Assembly (NCBI GenBank): GCA_046563655.1
Contig: CM102283.1
Coordinates: forward strand, 9,424,001-9,488,000
Length of the DNA stretch: 64,000 nt
DNA from: Yuukianura sp. NJ FZ-2021
Lineage: Eukaryota
Reading direction: 5' to 3'
Part shown: positions 38,002-49,156 of the stretch, in pieces
Layout of the letters: the number at the start of each line of letters is the position of its first letter
Numbering within the stretch: position 1 is the first letter of the stretch
The notes under the pieces: generated by a model
The model's database searches: none
Told to the model about the DNA's origin: nothing
Seen by the model: only the letters and a program-made list of their open reading frames with translations
Made by a program: the position numbers and the translations under genes

Positions 38002-39584
38002 TTAGACTTCAAGGTCACTTGGTTGAGGATCTTCCCTTTTGAGATCAGGCGTGAGACTTCTAGCAGGCACAAGGAATTCTTCAAATTCCTTCTGCGCAAC
38101 AGCAACAAAATTGTGGGCAGATTGCATGAGCTTTGGACTCAATTTTGCCGATCGCTGCAAAGCGTCTGCAGCGATTTCGTTTATTTCAAGGAAAGGCTCA
38201 AAGTTAGTCAGTTGCTGGTAATCCAAAGAATTCGTCAGCCAAAAATCAACATATTGAGCTATGAAAAGATAAAAACAATAGAAAAGCATTAATTAATAAT
38301 AACATAATTAATAACTTATTAATAAACAAATTGGAATTGGAACGGAACGTACGAAATGGAAAAGCAAATGGAGGCAGAGTCGGGACGAGATGCTCCCAGC
38401 TATTATCGGCAGTATGAAATGTTGGAGTGGTCGTGTCTGGCAACTGTCCGGCAGTATCGTCAGAAATGCTGGCAGCATCAGCATCGTAGTCCTCAGTTGC
38501 CATGGCTTCACCCATGTTTGGATCGTTGATCGTAGGGCCACTCATGGGACTGGAAAATGGAGTTCCAGAGCAAGACGGACCAGCAGCGTACATTGGAGAC
38601 TGTTGAATGGTAATCTCCGCACCGACTTCTGGACACGGCTGTACTTCGTTCTGATTGGTCGCTTCGAGGGACCAATCAGGAATGTTCTCTGGCGGGGTTA
38701 TGGGAGTAGACAAAACTGTTTTCAAATCGACAATTCTAATGTCATCCCGAGCTGTAGTAGGGTGCTGTGCAGCATTTGTGTGGCTGTGGCTGACGCTGCT
38801 ATCGCTGATCGCTTCTGCAGCGCTGCACGCTGGAGCTGGACTTTCAGCTTGACGTGGAAAGGCTGGACTCGTCGCTGCGTCAATCGAATCTCTGCGCTTC
38901 CTTGGTGACGTTTTTGGTGTAGAAGGCTTTGGCACGGAGTGAAATTGCTAAAAGTCAAAGAAATCAAAATTTTGAAATTTTGAAATGTTTAAAAATTGAA
39001 ATTTTAATAGAAATTGAACAAACCATTTCATCTGTGATCCATTTGTGTAGTTTGGCCCAATGACGAACGTCTTCAATCGTGACGTCCGGAAGTTTCGTCT
39101 GGACATGCTCAGTGAGGAGCGTTAAAAAGCGCGATTGTTTGAACGATTTGATTCCAAACGTGGCTGGAGCAAAGGCCACTTTAGTTTTGAATTCTGCCAC
39201 CCAGTCTTGGCGCTTTTTAGTAAAAAGCTTATAACGTGGAGTCCACGGTGACTTGCTCTTGGTAACTTTTCCGGAGTTCTGGAGCCTAAAAATTTAAGCA
39301 CAAATTTTGAAGTTTCAAAAAGTACTAAAATTTTTTCTCAAAAAATGAACTTACGGAAACATGATGGTCAACTTGGGCATTGCCGGTGACATAACCACTG
39401 GAGCTAGAGATGGCATTCGTTGGTGAGAGTATTTGACGTCGTGAGAGTTTTTGACGGGTTGAGAATTCTTGACGTTACGAGAGTTTTTGACGGTTGACGG
39501 TTTCGTCCGTTTCCTGTTTTCCTCAAACCCATAAAATTTGGTGGGTTTTCGCTGGCGTTTGCTTCGTCGTAGTCCGTTGTCCAT
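38002..39584 (-). CDS. Orphan protein A, 4 exons; basic N-terminus, shared helical domain, long Pro/Ser/acidic region
   Basis: Four ORF segments join in frame through GT-AG introns; exon 2 is paralogous to exon 2 of gene B. Confidence 0.7.
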
Positions 39585-39954
39585 GTTGGTGTCCAGGAAT
39601 CAAAAAATTACGACTTTGCGTCCTGCTCCACCGACGCTAAAACTCCAACTGACAAAAAATAGCAAAGATGCAACTTTTCTGGAATGCCAGTCTCCCTACG
39701 TTGTCCGTCTTCACTTGTTGACTTCTCCAAATGAAAAAAAAAACTGAAATGCAAACTTTTTTTGCATTTTGCATTTATTGGGGACGGCAAAATTTGAAAA
39801 TTCTACATAAACCAATTGACCTAACTAACCCTAATCACTAAAATTGCATAATAGAAAATGTAAATAGAAATGTGCAAATGGAAAAACGAGATATGCGACA
39901 AGAAAGAAGCTAATTTAGTACTACAAAAAAAATACAAAAAATACAGTGTGAATT

Positions 39955-40480
39955 CTACATTTCGTTTCTTCCGTTTCCGGTCGTTTCCCTCTCACCAATT
40001 TCAGTGTCCATTTCTTCGACCTGGAGCGGAAACGGAGCGACATTATTTGACAGAGCGACATTCGTTTCAACTTCTTCGGTAATCCAGGGATGCAGTTCAG
40101 TCCAACGACGAATGTCGCCAATCGTGAGGCTCGGAAGTTTAGTCTGGACATGCTCAGTGAGGAGAGTTAAAAAGCGGGATTGTTTGAACGATTTGATTCC
40201 AAATGTGGCTGGTGCATGGGAAACTTTAGTTTTGAATTCTGCCACCCACTCTTGACGCTTCTTGGTAAGCATTTTGGATCGTGGGGCAGTCCGCGGTGAC
40301 TTGATCTTGGTCACTCTGCCGGAGTTACGCAGTCTAAAACCACCAAAAAATTCAGTTTTCAAAAATCAGTGCAAAAATTAAAGGATTAGACTAAACTTAC
40401 TTGAGATTCGTCGGAACAACTGAAGCTGTAGGTAAACGATGAGGTCGATACAAGAGGTGCGTTTGCCGTACTTTGCCCAT
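39955..40480 (-). CDS. Orphan protein B, paralog of A; exons 40480-40401 and 40333-39955
   Basis: MGKVRQTHLL...NL|KLRNSGRVTK...EFKTKVSHAPATFGIKSFKQSRFLTLLTEHVQTKLP, with a phase-2 intron at the same position as in gene A. Confidence 0.7.
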
Positions 40481-40868
40481 GGCGCTGTGAGGAATCAAAA
40501 AATGACGACTTTCCGTCCTTTTCCACCGACGCTAAAACTCCAACTGACAAACAAAATGAAGTTGAAGAGGCTTTTGTGGAAGGTCAAAGTGGTCGGGTCA
40601 ATGTACTGTCCATGTTGACTTGTTGGTTGCTCAAAATAGAGAAAAAAAAAATGTTGCAAATTTTGCGTTTATTGGCAAAAATCACATTTTTTGCAAGTAT
40701 TACATAGCCAATATTTGACTAATTTCAACCTTAGGAATGATTAACATTGCATAGTCTAAAAAGTGTAAGGTCGCTGAGCTAAATGGTTTTTAGGTAAACC
40801 ACAATCCAAGTCCAAGGTCAAACGAGGTCACCACCCTCCAAGCCCAAGGTCAAAGGTCACCGGTGTGT

Positions 40869-41346
40869 CTATGTCACTCGAGTGGGGTACGGTGGTCTGT
40901 CCCTGAAGTATGGCCCACCGACAGGTCCCACTTGGTCTTGTGACCAGAGGTAGCCAGTAGTGGACATTGAGCAGTAGGCATTGTAGTAGCGTCCAGGACT
41001 GCTGCAGAAAGACCAAAGTGGACAGCGACATCGGAACTTTGTAGTAAACTCCTCTTTGCAAATTTCATTGAAGAAACACGTCCGCTAAAAACAAGCACAA
41101 ATTAGCAAAGTAATTAAAAAATTTGCAAAGTGCCAATCACAAAGAGAAAAATTACTTTTTTTTGGAACTTACCTCGGTCATGTACTCGTTGACAGAGTTG
41201 TCATAACGCTCCCTTTGAGCCTTGACACTTTTGGTTGTCTTGGTGACGGAGCGTCGTTGTAGTCTCGACGACCGTCCGGCAGTGACGACGAGTATGAGCG
41301 ACATTAATGTCACCAGCAGCACCAAAGGACCAACTCTACACTTCAT
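40869..41346 (-). CDS. Small secreted six-cysteine protein; exons 41346-41173 and 41084-40869
   Basis: Signal peptide MKCRVGPLVLLVTLMSLILVVTAG; RLQRR furin-like site; exon 2 RTCFFNEICKEEFTTKFRCRCPLWSFCSSPGRYYNAYCSMSTTGYLW. Both exon lengths are multiples of 3. Confidence 0.8.
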
Positions 41347-41730
41347 TCCAAATACTTTAAACTTAGAATCGGTATTTAAAAGTTCTGAATTTGTAGATTC
41401 TGATTTGGAAAAAGTAATCTGAAGTTGACGTTGCAACTTACAGTTTCACTTTTCTTTCAAAAAAGTTTTGCATCGCAATTGCCAAAAGTGGTCGGCGCAT
41501 AAGAGAAAGTATTTTGATATAAAAGTGGGCGAATAGAATGAACTTTCTCCTTGGCATAATCACCCCTAAAGACATTCACTTTCTCTTCGGCTTTTCTCGG
41601 ACAGAAAAAAAAAACAAGACTTTTTTTTTCTAAAGAAAGCAAAAAAGGTGGGCAAAAAGTTGAAAATGTTGACTTTTCAATATTATTCAAACTGTTTTTA
41701 AAAAATAATTTGATGGTTGGATTAGGATTT

Positions 41731-43663
41731 CTAAACAGGACGATACAGAAATTCTCCACTTTCGTCATAATAAGAATCTCCGACTTTGTAGACCGAACCT
41801 TCCCGTTCAGCATTTGAAGGAAGTCGAACGCGTTGTCTTCTCTGTGCAAATGGTTTCTAAAAAAAAAGTTTTAGGATTAGTTTTCAAAATTACACAAAAA
41901 AATGTGCGAATATTTTTTTGTCGTTACCTGTAACCCAGTGTCTGATTTGTAAATGTAGGCTTCACCTTTTTCAACATTTAGTTCTACTTTGTCTTTAGAA
42001 ATGTTTGCATATTTCTGAATACGAGCTCTTCTTCCAACTAAATCTTTTGCATCTGGAACATATTCTTCTGTTCCAGGCAGAATTGGAGCTGGAGTGGCTT
42101 GACCTTGACTTTGAACGCTCAGAAGATAAGCAAATTTCTGCTGCTCAGTTTCAGGCAAATGACCAGTTTTGCCAGATTTCTGGGCATTTTGAATTTCAGT
42201 TTCAAATTCTGCCAAAGTCATTCTTCTTCGATTCAGACTTTCAAGAAACTTGGATTCTTGTTCGGTAGGCGGAGCTTTATGAGATTCCGAAACGTCGAGT
42301 CTCTGTGTTTGAGTGGATTTCAACTGCATGGACGCTGACATTTTGGATTTTGTTGTGCTGTTCCGTTTGTTAAAGCGTTTGGCGCCATTTTGTTTTTGAA
42401 TTATTTCTTGATCGTCGTCATCTTCCTCTTCAACTGGCGGTGCATTTGGAGTTACCAGACGAGCAAATGGCCCCAGTTTCTTTGGTTTCTCAATAGCAAG
42501 TAACCCCAATTCAGGAGTCGAAATAGCACCGAATTGGACTGGAATTGACCTCCGAATTTCCATCTTCTGTTCCAATTCTGGACTTAACTCAATTTCACCT
42601 GCCTTGATCTTTTCTAGTTGCTCGGCAACTCTTGCATCGTGGTTCCTAATTGCCTCGGCGTTCAAACATCGAAATGGAGATTTGAGCAGTTTTTGGACAC
42701 TTTCGAGTGAAATTGGAAACGAAGCGGCGAGGTTCTCTTCACTCCATTCTTCTGGATCAGTTTCATGGAGATATCGCAGTTGCTCTTTTTCGGCATAAGT
42801 CAGCAGGCAAATGTCCGGTTTCATGTAGTCCTTGAAATGTTTGTTTATCGTTCTCCATTTTCTAGCTTGATACTTCTCGTCAAGCTTCTCTCTAGAATCA
42901 AATTTCATCAAATTAGGACATTTTTACTATTCTGGTAAAAAAGTATGGATGGATGGCCACTTACTGTTCATAATACTCATACATCTGAGGAAGTTTAGTC
43001 AAATCTAAACGTGGTTTGGAGAAACTGTCAAAAACGTCTTGGACATCGGGCTCTACGTTCTCAAATACGTTCCGACTGTTGGCAATTCTCTCTTCCCGGG
43101 TTGGATATCTCCGACCGCTGCGACTGACGTTGGCGTTCGTCACCGCTGAAACGTAAAATAAACGTAAACATTCTTTAGTGTTTAGTAATTAAAACTATGC
43201 AGAGCATCATTTGCTAAAAACCCGGATTTCTGCATGAGTAAATATGCGTACATGGGTGCACGTGCAAATTTCCTTCCCACAACAGCTTATCAATTCGGAT
43301 GACTAATCGTCGTACTCATGTATACATGAGAAAGTGGAGACAGGATGTCAAACCATGTTGATTTTTACAACGTGATACAGGAACAAGTGGTATAAGGAGG
43401 ATATAGCGTGGGTGGTGACGACGGTGGTGAATTGAGGAGGAAGGATGAGTGTTACTTATAAGTTCATTCGATAATTAGTAACGGTACATTACGAGAAACG
43501 CGGAAGATAAGGAGACAAAGTGAAAATTGTTAAGTTTTGGCAATAAATTGATACGGTATTGGTTACCCTTTGGATTGACGACACGGCGACCATAGTTCCG
43601 GACGGAAGTTGAGCCAGAGACGAAAGTATTGAGCAGTAGTTTCCCAGCGTTTTGCGAAATCAT
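41731..43663 (-). CDS. NGRN: Neugrin-like mitochondrial protein, 4 exons
   Basis: LTYAEKEQLRYLHETDPEEWSEENLAASFPIS...KLLKS core and C-terminal YYDESGEFLYR; presequence-like N-terminus. Confidence 0.82.
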
Positions 43664-44580
43664 GTCAACTGAAAAACCAATTCCTCCGAAAATTGCTCCT
43701 AAACCAGGTGAGAAATTTCACACCAAAACATTCGCGAGAACCGGATGGAGTGCGATGTTGCCAACTGTTGCAAAAATAATTTTATTATTGTTTTCAATTT
43801 TTATATTTTTTATTAGGGTTTGTTAAAGTTGTCCGTGCTCTGTACAATTATGTGGCACAACACGACGATGAATTATCGTTTAGCGAAGGAGATATTTTGT
43901 ACATTCAGCAAGAAAATGGAGGTGATCCGGACTGGTGGAAGGCACGGTGCGGGCCAAACTCGGGCTTAATTCCAGCTAATTATGGTTAGTTCCACCACTT
44001 TTTCGAATTTTAACTGCATAATTTTTAGAAATTCTTGTTTTTCAGTGGAGTTAAAAGCAGACATAATGGATAATCCAATTCATGATGCTGCACGGCGTGG
44101 AAATTTAGAATTTTTGCAAGAATGCTTGGGAAATGGAGTAACAGTATCCGGGCTTGATGCTTCTGGAAGTACTCCTCTACATTGGGCTGCAAGAGCAGGT
44201 CACCTCGATTGTACTTTGGCCCTTATTGAAGCTGGAATTAAACAATTCCGAAATCCAAAGAAGTTTATTAACACACAGGTAATAAAATGCAAATATTATA
44301 GCTATATTTTGAGACAATATTATCAGAATTTGTTGTTGTTTAGAATCGTATGGGTGAAACTCCATTGCATTTGGCTGCTGCCAAAGATCACCTAGAAATA
44401 ATCGAGGCATTATTAGAAAATCAGGCAGATCCAACAATTGTGAACAAAGAAAATCAAACGGCTTTGGATTTGTGTCATGAACCTTCTGCAAAGTCCGCTC
44501 TTCAACATAGTTTGATGCATCCGAATGAAAATGATCCAAATCAGGATGATGAGTACTTAGAAGAGTCGGAAGAAGATTGA
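43662..44580 (+). CDS. OSTF1: Osteoclast-stimulating factor 1 (Pro-rich N-terminus, SH3, ankyrin repeats, acidic tail), 4 exons
   Basis: MSTEKPIPPKIAPKPG|VCKVVRALYNY...DELSFSEGD...GLIPANY|V...NPIHDAARRGN...TPLHWAARAGH...DEYLEESEED. Confidence 0.95.
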
Positions 44581-44849
44581 GGAAATCTAATATTATTTAA
44601 AACTTATAAAATTTTGTGTTTATACTTAAAACTTTTCATGAAAAATTAAAGCTTGCTAGACAAGGTGGCAACATCGACCCATGAAAAACCCCGCGAAAGT
44701 CATAATTCAATTTCGGTATCGCTCTATCGCTAAAAATTCAAAACAAAACTTCATTCATTTTCCGCTTCTAAACAATTGAATTAACTTACTCGTTTCTAAT
44801 TTGTCAAGCGAAGTTTAATCGTTTCTCAGAACCTTATGCGATAAGCAAA

Positions 44850-47308
44850 ATGCCGGAGATCAAGATTACGCCTTTAGGTAAGTTTTAACAGTAATTAGGC
44901 CAAGCACTTTTCATATAAAGTACTTTACCATGTTTTATGTTCAGGTGCCGGACAAGATGTTGGGAGAAGCTGTATTCTATTGCATATCGGTGGGAAAAAC
45001 ATCATGCTGGACTGTGGAATGCATATGGGTTTCAAGGACGAGCGAAAGTTTCCAGACTTCACAGCGATTACTCAAGGAACTGGAAAGACATTGACAGAAT
45101 ACTTGGACTGTGTCATCATCTCTCATTTTCATTTGGATCATTGTGGTGCTCTTCCTTATATGACAGAACAGGTCAAGTATGAAGGTCCAATTTACATGAC
45201 ACATCCCACTAAAGCCATTTGTCCAATGCTGTTGGTATGCGACACGGTTTTTTTCGATTTCAAACTGTACCTGATTCATATTTTTCGTTCTAGGAAGACA
45301 TGGTCAGAATCAACGAGATACAAAAGAAAGAGAGGATTGAGCGTTTGAATACACCGAAAGATCAAGCGAAGCTGAAGGCCGAAGAAGCTGAAAACTCTGA
45401 TTTCTTCACCAGTGCCCAAATCGCTGCTTGTATGAAACGTGTAACAGCAGTAAACCTTCATCAAACGACAATGGTAGACAAGGAACTGGAAATCAAGGCC
45501 TACTACGCTGGACATGTACTTGGAGCAGCAATGTTTCGAGTTCGAGTGGGGCAGCAATCTGTTGTTTACACCGTAAAACCATAATTTACTCAATCAATTA
45601 CTTTCCAACTCTGAACTCAACTTATTATTTTAGGGTGACTACAACATGACTCCAGATAGGCACTTGGGAGCAGCTTGGATTGACCGTTGTCGTCCAGATC
45701 TCTTGATCACCGAGTCCACTTATGCCACGACCATTCGAGACTCCAAGAGATGCCGAGAACGAGACTTTCTCAAAAAGATTCACGAATGTGTGGACCGTGG
45801 TGGCAAAGTATTGATTCCAGTATTTGCGTTGGGCCGTGCTCAGGAATTGTGTATTCTTCTGGAAACGTACTGGGAAAGAATGAATTTGAAAGTTCCCATT
45901 TACTTTGCCAGTGGGATGACTGAAAAGGCTAATCACTACTACAAAATGTTCATTACTTGGACTAATCAGAAGATCAAGAGAACTTTTGTCAAGAGGAACA
46001 TGTTTGACTTTCATCATATCAAGCCATTTGACAAGTCTTACCTCAGCAATCCAGGAGCAATGTAATTGATAAATCCAAATTACCAATTACTTTGTAAATT
46101 GATAAATTCTTACCAATTACTTTTTTAATTGATTGATAAGCCAATCTTAATCTTACTTTCCAGGGTTGTCTTTGCTACTCCTGGCATGCTCCACGCTGGT
46201 CTGTCACTACACATTTTTAAAAAATGGGCGCCAAATGAGAACAACATGGTAAGCGACCATTTGAGAATGAGTTGTCATGTGACGAACTAACTTCGTTTGT
46301 GGTTTTCAGATCATCATGCCCGGATTCTGCGTCAGTGGTACCGTTGGAAGCAAAGTTGTTGCTGGAAACAAGAGGGTGGAGATTGATGGTCAGATGATTG
46401 ATGTCAAGATGTCTGTCCAGTACATGTCTTTTTCAGCACACGCAGACGCCAAAGGCATCATGCAGCTTATCAGCTACTGCCAACCCAAAAACGTTCTACT
46501 CGTCCATGGAGAAGCAACAAAGATGGAATTTTTAAAACAAAAAATTAACCAGGTTCGACGTTTAGCTAATTTTAGCAAAGATAAAGATGCTGCAAGTATT
46601 TCAAAATTCTTGAAATGGATGTCTGAAACGATGTGTTGATTTTAGGAATTTGACATCCAGTGTTACATGCCAGCCAATGGAGAGACTTGTACAATCACAA
46701 CTGATCCGGACATTCCAGTAGACGTATCTTTGAACCTCATGAAAAAGGAAGAAGCTGAGTACGACATGCTGCCTCCAGATCCAAAACGACAGAGGCTCAT
46801 CCATGGTGTTTTGATTATGAAAGAAGACGTGAGACATTTTACAAAGTTAACACAATTTGTATTTGACTTAACATTGACTTTGGGTTTCAGAAACTGAAAA
46901 TTGTTGACGTGGATACTGCAGCCAAGGAACTCAACCTCCCTCGTCACAGTCTCAAGTTTACTGAAGCCATAATTTTCAGAGAATTCGGAGCTCTGTCTCG
47001 CACAACTGACAAGATTGCAGAACACTTGAAACTGAAACTGAAGGATAACGATGCCACAGTGGAAGTTTTGTCTGAAAATGAAATCAGGATTGACCAAGGT
47101 CGAGTTCTCATTTCCATTACCCCTGTTCCAAAAAGTGATACTGAAAAGGAAGTTTCAACGACATGGAACTTGCAGGTATTATGCAACTAGTTGCTACAAA
47201 ATTAATTAACAAAACATTCAAGATTCAACTAATCATGAGTTTACATTTTGCTAGGATGATGACCTTGGATCTTACATTTTTGCACTACTCACGAGTCTCA
47301 GTAGATAA
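44850..47308 (+). CDS. IntS11: Integrator complex subunit 11 (CPSF3L), metallo-beta-lactamase/beta-CASP nuclease
   Basis: [81 protein letters not shown]. Confidence 0.97.
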
Positions 47309-47718
47309 ACGAACATGGTTCACTCGTCATTTGAATTTCGCAGACGAAGTTATCAACTACGGAGACCTGGGAATGCGGAATGCATATTTTCATACATTCT
47401 GTGACTTTGTTCAGTCTAATTTGCAGATTATTTTCGCCAAATAAAAAAAAACGTGTGTTTCGACTTGCGAATGACATTCCAACGCAAGGGGCAATCAGAG
47501 AGTAGCTATCGTACAACTGATTGAACAACTTGAATGGAATTAAACTCAGGCTTGGCCTTTACCCGCCTGGAATTACGTCTTATCTTTACAATTTTCTTTC
47601 AATTATGGTTCGTCAGTTCTTGAAAGTCAAGATTCCAAAGTCATTTTGTCGTTGGACATTGACAAGGTAGGTCACTAACTAACGTTCGTGAAAGTCACTA
47701 CTGACAGTATCCAGCGTC

Positions 47719-48645
47719 ATGATGCTGTCCAGAATGATGGTAAGTTTGAACAAGTTCTTTTCATGGACATTTTACACGCGGATATCTTAAGTTTCTGTTG
47801 TGTTTGTTGTTTACATGATTAAAGGTAACTCTGGTTCTGAAATTTTAGGGCGCACAACAGTCCAAGGTCACGTTCAAGTCAATTCCACACTATCCAGATC
47901 TTGTCATTAAAGAAGCACCGTGTAACGTCAATGCTACGTGGGAAGACTTTTTGAGGAGTTTCGGGGTAAGCTAATTGATACGAAAGAATCTCAATTTGAA
48001 TTGACTGGAATCCGCGGCGCCGATTATTGTGTTTTGGCGCGAGATTCCATTAATCATTATACCAATTAAGCGAATAATGACGGTATTTTTTCTATTACTA
48101 GGTGGATTTAAAGAAAGTCGCTCCCGGATATAACTTCATGGTGCGATCCAGGAAAGGGCTCTGCTACTTGTCTGACACCATAGAACACATCTCATCGAAG
48201 TACGTCCAGAAATACCGGATGCTGGTGACGATCGAACAGGAGTTGGTACAAGCGAAACCCCGTCAACGTCGCCGCCGGAAACGTTTACAGCCCATTGTCC
48301 TACCTAACATTGTCCCACCGACTCCAATGGCTGAGTGTGAGTCCGTCCCAGAAGAGTCCGAGTTGAGGGCGACGTTTCCGCCATTTTCGAGCTTCCGATA
48401 TCAAGGAAATATGGTAGGACTCTTGTTTTCTTGACTTTTCTAATAGATTCTTTGCTGCTTTTGTAAATGTGATTTACTGTTTCCAGAATTTCCAGACACG
48501 GATTGAAAAAATTGAAGATTACAATGTGATCCAGAAATCGAGTGTGATTTGGCCAGAGTTTGCAGTACCTGAGAGTCCATATACACAGTGTCCGCAATGT
48601 CCGATGCTTTGCTTCTCAATGACCGATCCAGAATTTATTCTCTAA
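47719..48645 (+). CDS. Orphan protein of about 200 aa with an MGxxxSK motif; exons 47719-47739, 47849-47965, 48102-48413, 48487-48645
   Basis: Phase-0 GT-AG joins give MMLSRMM|GAQQSKVTF...SFG|VDLKK...QGNM|NFQTR...FIL*. Confidence 0.6.
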
Positions 48646-48666
48646 ACGCACCGGTTGAATTCCAAG

Positions 48667-48725
48667 TACCGTGAAACTTCTAATAACTAATAAGCGCCCG
48701 GGCGTCTTATAGAAGTTTCACGGTA
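48667..48725. mobile_element. Tiny MITE, Tc1/mariner/pogo-like, with TA TSD
   Basis: TA-CCGTGAAACTTCTA ... TAGAAGTTTCACGG-TA, with an internal palindrome cgcccgggcg. Confidence 0.7.
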
Positions 48726-49156
48726 CTTAGTTTGATTAGCGTTTAGCTAAAATAGTTTCTTATTTTTGAAGGAATTGTTATTTTTATCGTCAAACAGTGG
48801 ATAACTGTTTAGCTGTTTACCTCTCATGACCTTTGACCTCAACTATCCATGTGATAGAGTAGTTGTTTAGCTCAAATAGAATTAGATTAATTTATTGTAA
48901 TACTAATGAGAAGTTGTAATTCCGGAATTTCAACTTCTCATCATTATACTTAAGAGTTTTCGGTGGAGATTTTTATATTTTGTTTTAAAAAAAATATGAC
49001 AATAAATTACCGAAATCCTGTGTCTCTATATAAAGATTGTTACATCAATACTTTCGATCCAACAAACAAGAAGCATCTAGTAACTAAATTTTCGTTCAAC
49101 CTTGGTACATCCGCAGTATTCCATTGTTGCTGAAAATTTGTTTTCGAAATTTTGAA

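Noticed and set aside
38390-38908. 172-aa plus-strand ORF
   Set aside because: Antisense shadow of orphan gene A exon 3.
48780-49140. RFX X-box and forkhead sites expected upstream of iav
   Set aside because: A TGTTTAC lies at 48814, but there is no convincing X-box and such short motifs arise by chance.
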